Source: Myxococcales bacterium (GTDB lineage Bacteria > Myxococcota_A > Bradymonadia > UBA7976 > UBA1532). From it: a stretch of DNA of 64,000 nt. Each line of letters begins with the position of its first letter. The first letter of the stretch is position 1. The translations under genes and the position numbers were made by a program. Under the pieces are notes generated by a model. That model ran no database searches, was not told the origin of the DNA, and saw only the letters and a program-made list of their open reading frames with translations. This document shows positions 62,759 through 64,000 of the stretch, one piece after another. The stretch is from contig SHZC01000004.1 in the NCBI GenBank assembly GCA_009692505.1, forward strand, positions 2,135 through 66,134. The letters are read 5' to 3'.

Positions 62759-64000
62759 ATGCCCCCACCCCAATCCTCCGAGATCTACGACTTCATCATC
62801 ATCGGCTCGGGCTTTGGCGGCAGCGTCAGCGCGCACCGGCTGACCGAGAAGGGCTATCGCGTGCTCGTCCTGGAGAAGGGACGACGCCTCGGCGCTGACG
62901 ACTTCCCCAAAACGAACTGGAACCTGCGCCGCTGGATGTGGATACCGAGGCTGGGCATGCGTGGCCTCTTCAAGATGACCTTCCTGCCGCACGTCACCGT
63001 GCTCTCCGGCGTGGGGGTCGGCGGCGGCTCTTTGGTCTACGCCAACACTCTGCCGGTGCCGAAGTCGCCGTTCTTCAAGGCCCCATCCTGGGCCGACCTC
63101 GCCGATTGGGAGGTCGAGCTTCGGCCCCACTACGAGACGGCGCTGAAGATGCTGGGGGCCAACCGCAACCCCAACATGACCCGGAGCGATGAGATCATTC
63201 GGGATGTGGGGGTGGAGATCGGGCGGGCGGCGAGCTTCGAGCTGACCGACGTGGCGGTCTACTTCGGGCAGCCGGGCGTGACGGTGCCCGACCCCTACTT
63301 CGGCGGAAAGGGGCCGCCACGTACCGGCTGCACCGCCTGCGGGGGCTGCATGGTGGGCTGCCGGTTTGGCGCCAAGAACACCCTCGACAAGAACTACCTC
63401 TACTTGGCCGAGCAGGGCGGCGCGTCCGTGGTCGCCGACACCGAGGTCGTCGATGTGCGACCGGCTCCCGGAGACACAAGCCGACCCCTCTATGAGATCG
63501 CCGCGCTCAAGGGGACATCGGCCCTGCGCGCCCAGCTTGAGTCGGTCTCTTACCGGGCCCGAAACGTCATCTTCTCCGGCGGGGTCTTGGGCAGCGTCGA
63601 GCTGCTCCTCAAGCTGCGGGCGTCCGGCTCCTTGCCCTCGCTGTCGCCGCGGCTCGGGGACTTCGTGAGGACGAACTCCGAGGTCTTGATGGGGGTCGTC
63701 AGCATGGAGGACGTCGATCTCTCGAAGGGCATCGCCATCGGCTCCATTCTGCACACCGACGATCGCTCCCATCTCGAGCCCGTCCGGTACCCCGCGGGCT
63801 CGGGCTTCTTTCGCGCGCTCACCTTGCCCCACGCCCCCGGCGCGACCGTGACGCGGCGTCTGTGGAACGCGGCAGGCGCGGTCCTCAAGAGCCCCTGGCG
63901 AACGTTCAGATCGATGACCGTGCCCGACTGGGCCAAGCGCACGATGATCCTGCTCTATATGAGGTCCGAAGAGGGGACGTTGAAGCTCAGGCTCGGTCGC
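62759..64000 (+). CDS. GMC-family oxidoreductase (cholesterol-oxidase-like), 3' end outside window
   Basis: Translated by hand from ATG 62759: MPPPQSSEIYDFIIIGSGFGGSVSAHRLTEKGYRVLVLEKG… (FAD GxGxxG fold), …GVGGGSLVYAN…, …CTACGGCMVGCRFGAKNTLDKNYL…. The frame is open to the window end; it is absent from the ORF track because no stop is reached. Confidence 0.85.
   Translation, partial: MPPPQSSEIYDFIIIGSGFGGSVSAHRLTEKGYRVLVLEKGRRLGADDFPKTNWNLRRWMWIPRLGMRGLFKMTFLPHVTVLSGVGVGGGSLVYANTLPVPKSPFFKAPSWADLADWEVELRPHYETALKMLGANRNPNMTRSDEIIRDVGVEIGRAASFELTDVAVYFGQPGVTVPDPYFGGKGPPRTGCTACGGCMVGCRFGAKNTLDKNYLYLAEQGGASVVADTEVVDVRPAPGDTSRPLYEIAALKGTSALRAQLESVSYRARNVIFSGGVLGSVELLLKLRASGSLPSLSPRLGDFVRTNSEVLMGVVSMEDVDLSKGIAIGSILHTDDRSHLEPVRYPAGSGFFRALTLPHAPGATVTRRLWNAAGAVLKSPWRTFRSMTVPDWAKRTMILLYMRSEEGTLKLRLGR

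Overview
This is a very GC-rich chromosomal segment with strong third-position GC bias, so long spurious antisense ORFs are common. GC content was not computed. The gene content looks myxobacterial (Myxococcota-like), but that is inference only. All domain calls were made by eye from the supplied translations; no searches were run.

Layout:
- 1-9.3 kb: housekeeping. mreC'-mreD-mrdA(PBP2)-rodA, trxA, and a translationally coupled tetrapyrrole block (sirC-like, ccsA/hemX-like, hemA, hemC, cobA-hemD fusion).
- 9.4-21.7 kb: two giant exported repeat proteins. One is a 1355-aa lipoprotein of Cys-bracketed DxDxDG motifs plus six beta-type domains. The other is a 2574-aa protein with about 13 PKD domains. 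They flank an alkyltransferase-like (ATL, PWHRV) gene.
- 21.7-26.3 kb, minus strand: class-III aminotransferase, TraB-family protein, PilT-like ATPase, YbaN.
- 26.3-27.1 kb: a lower-GC Phd/YefM-ParE toxin-antitoxin islet.
- 27.2-32.8 kb: livJHMGF-type ABC importer and a TauE/SafE permease.
- 33.1-35.7 kb: a disulfide-formation operon (VKOR-DsbA fusion, OmpA-like anchor protein, TlpA-like lipoprotein).
- 35.8-40.7 kb: ExbB-ExbD-ExbD motor genes with non-TonB partners.
- 40.7-48.9 kb: a tightly packed nine-gene minus-strand operon. It runs from a DUF4157 / Cys-His-Asp putative toxin through two unknowns, an outer-membrane barrel and a MacB/FtsX-type ABC system to a LolA-like protein. This is my best candidate for an undescribed export or delivery system.
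- 49-64 kb: ferredoxin plus lipoprotein, a PHP lipoprotein, an EamA transporter, a 680-bp non-coding gap with an 11-bp tandem repeat, a chagasin-like inhibitor coupled to an alpha/beta hydrolase, then an operon of cNMP-binding protein, DASS transporter, lysyl-oxidase fusion lipoprotein (TSP3 repeats + P-domain + LOX) and FAD oxidase, and a partial GMC oxidoreductase.

No rRNA, tRNA, CRISPR array or transposase was recognised.
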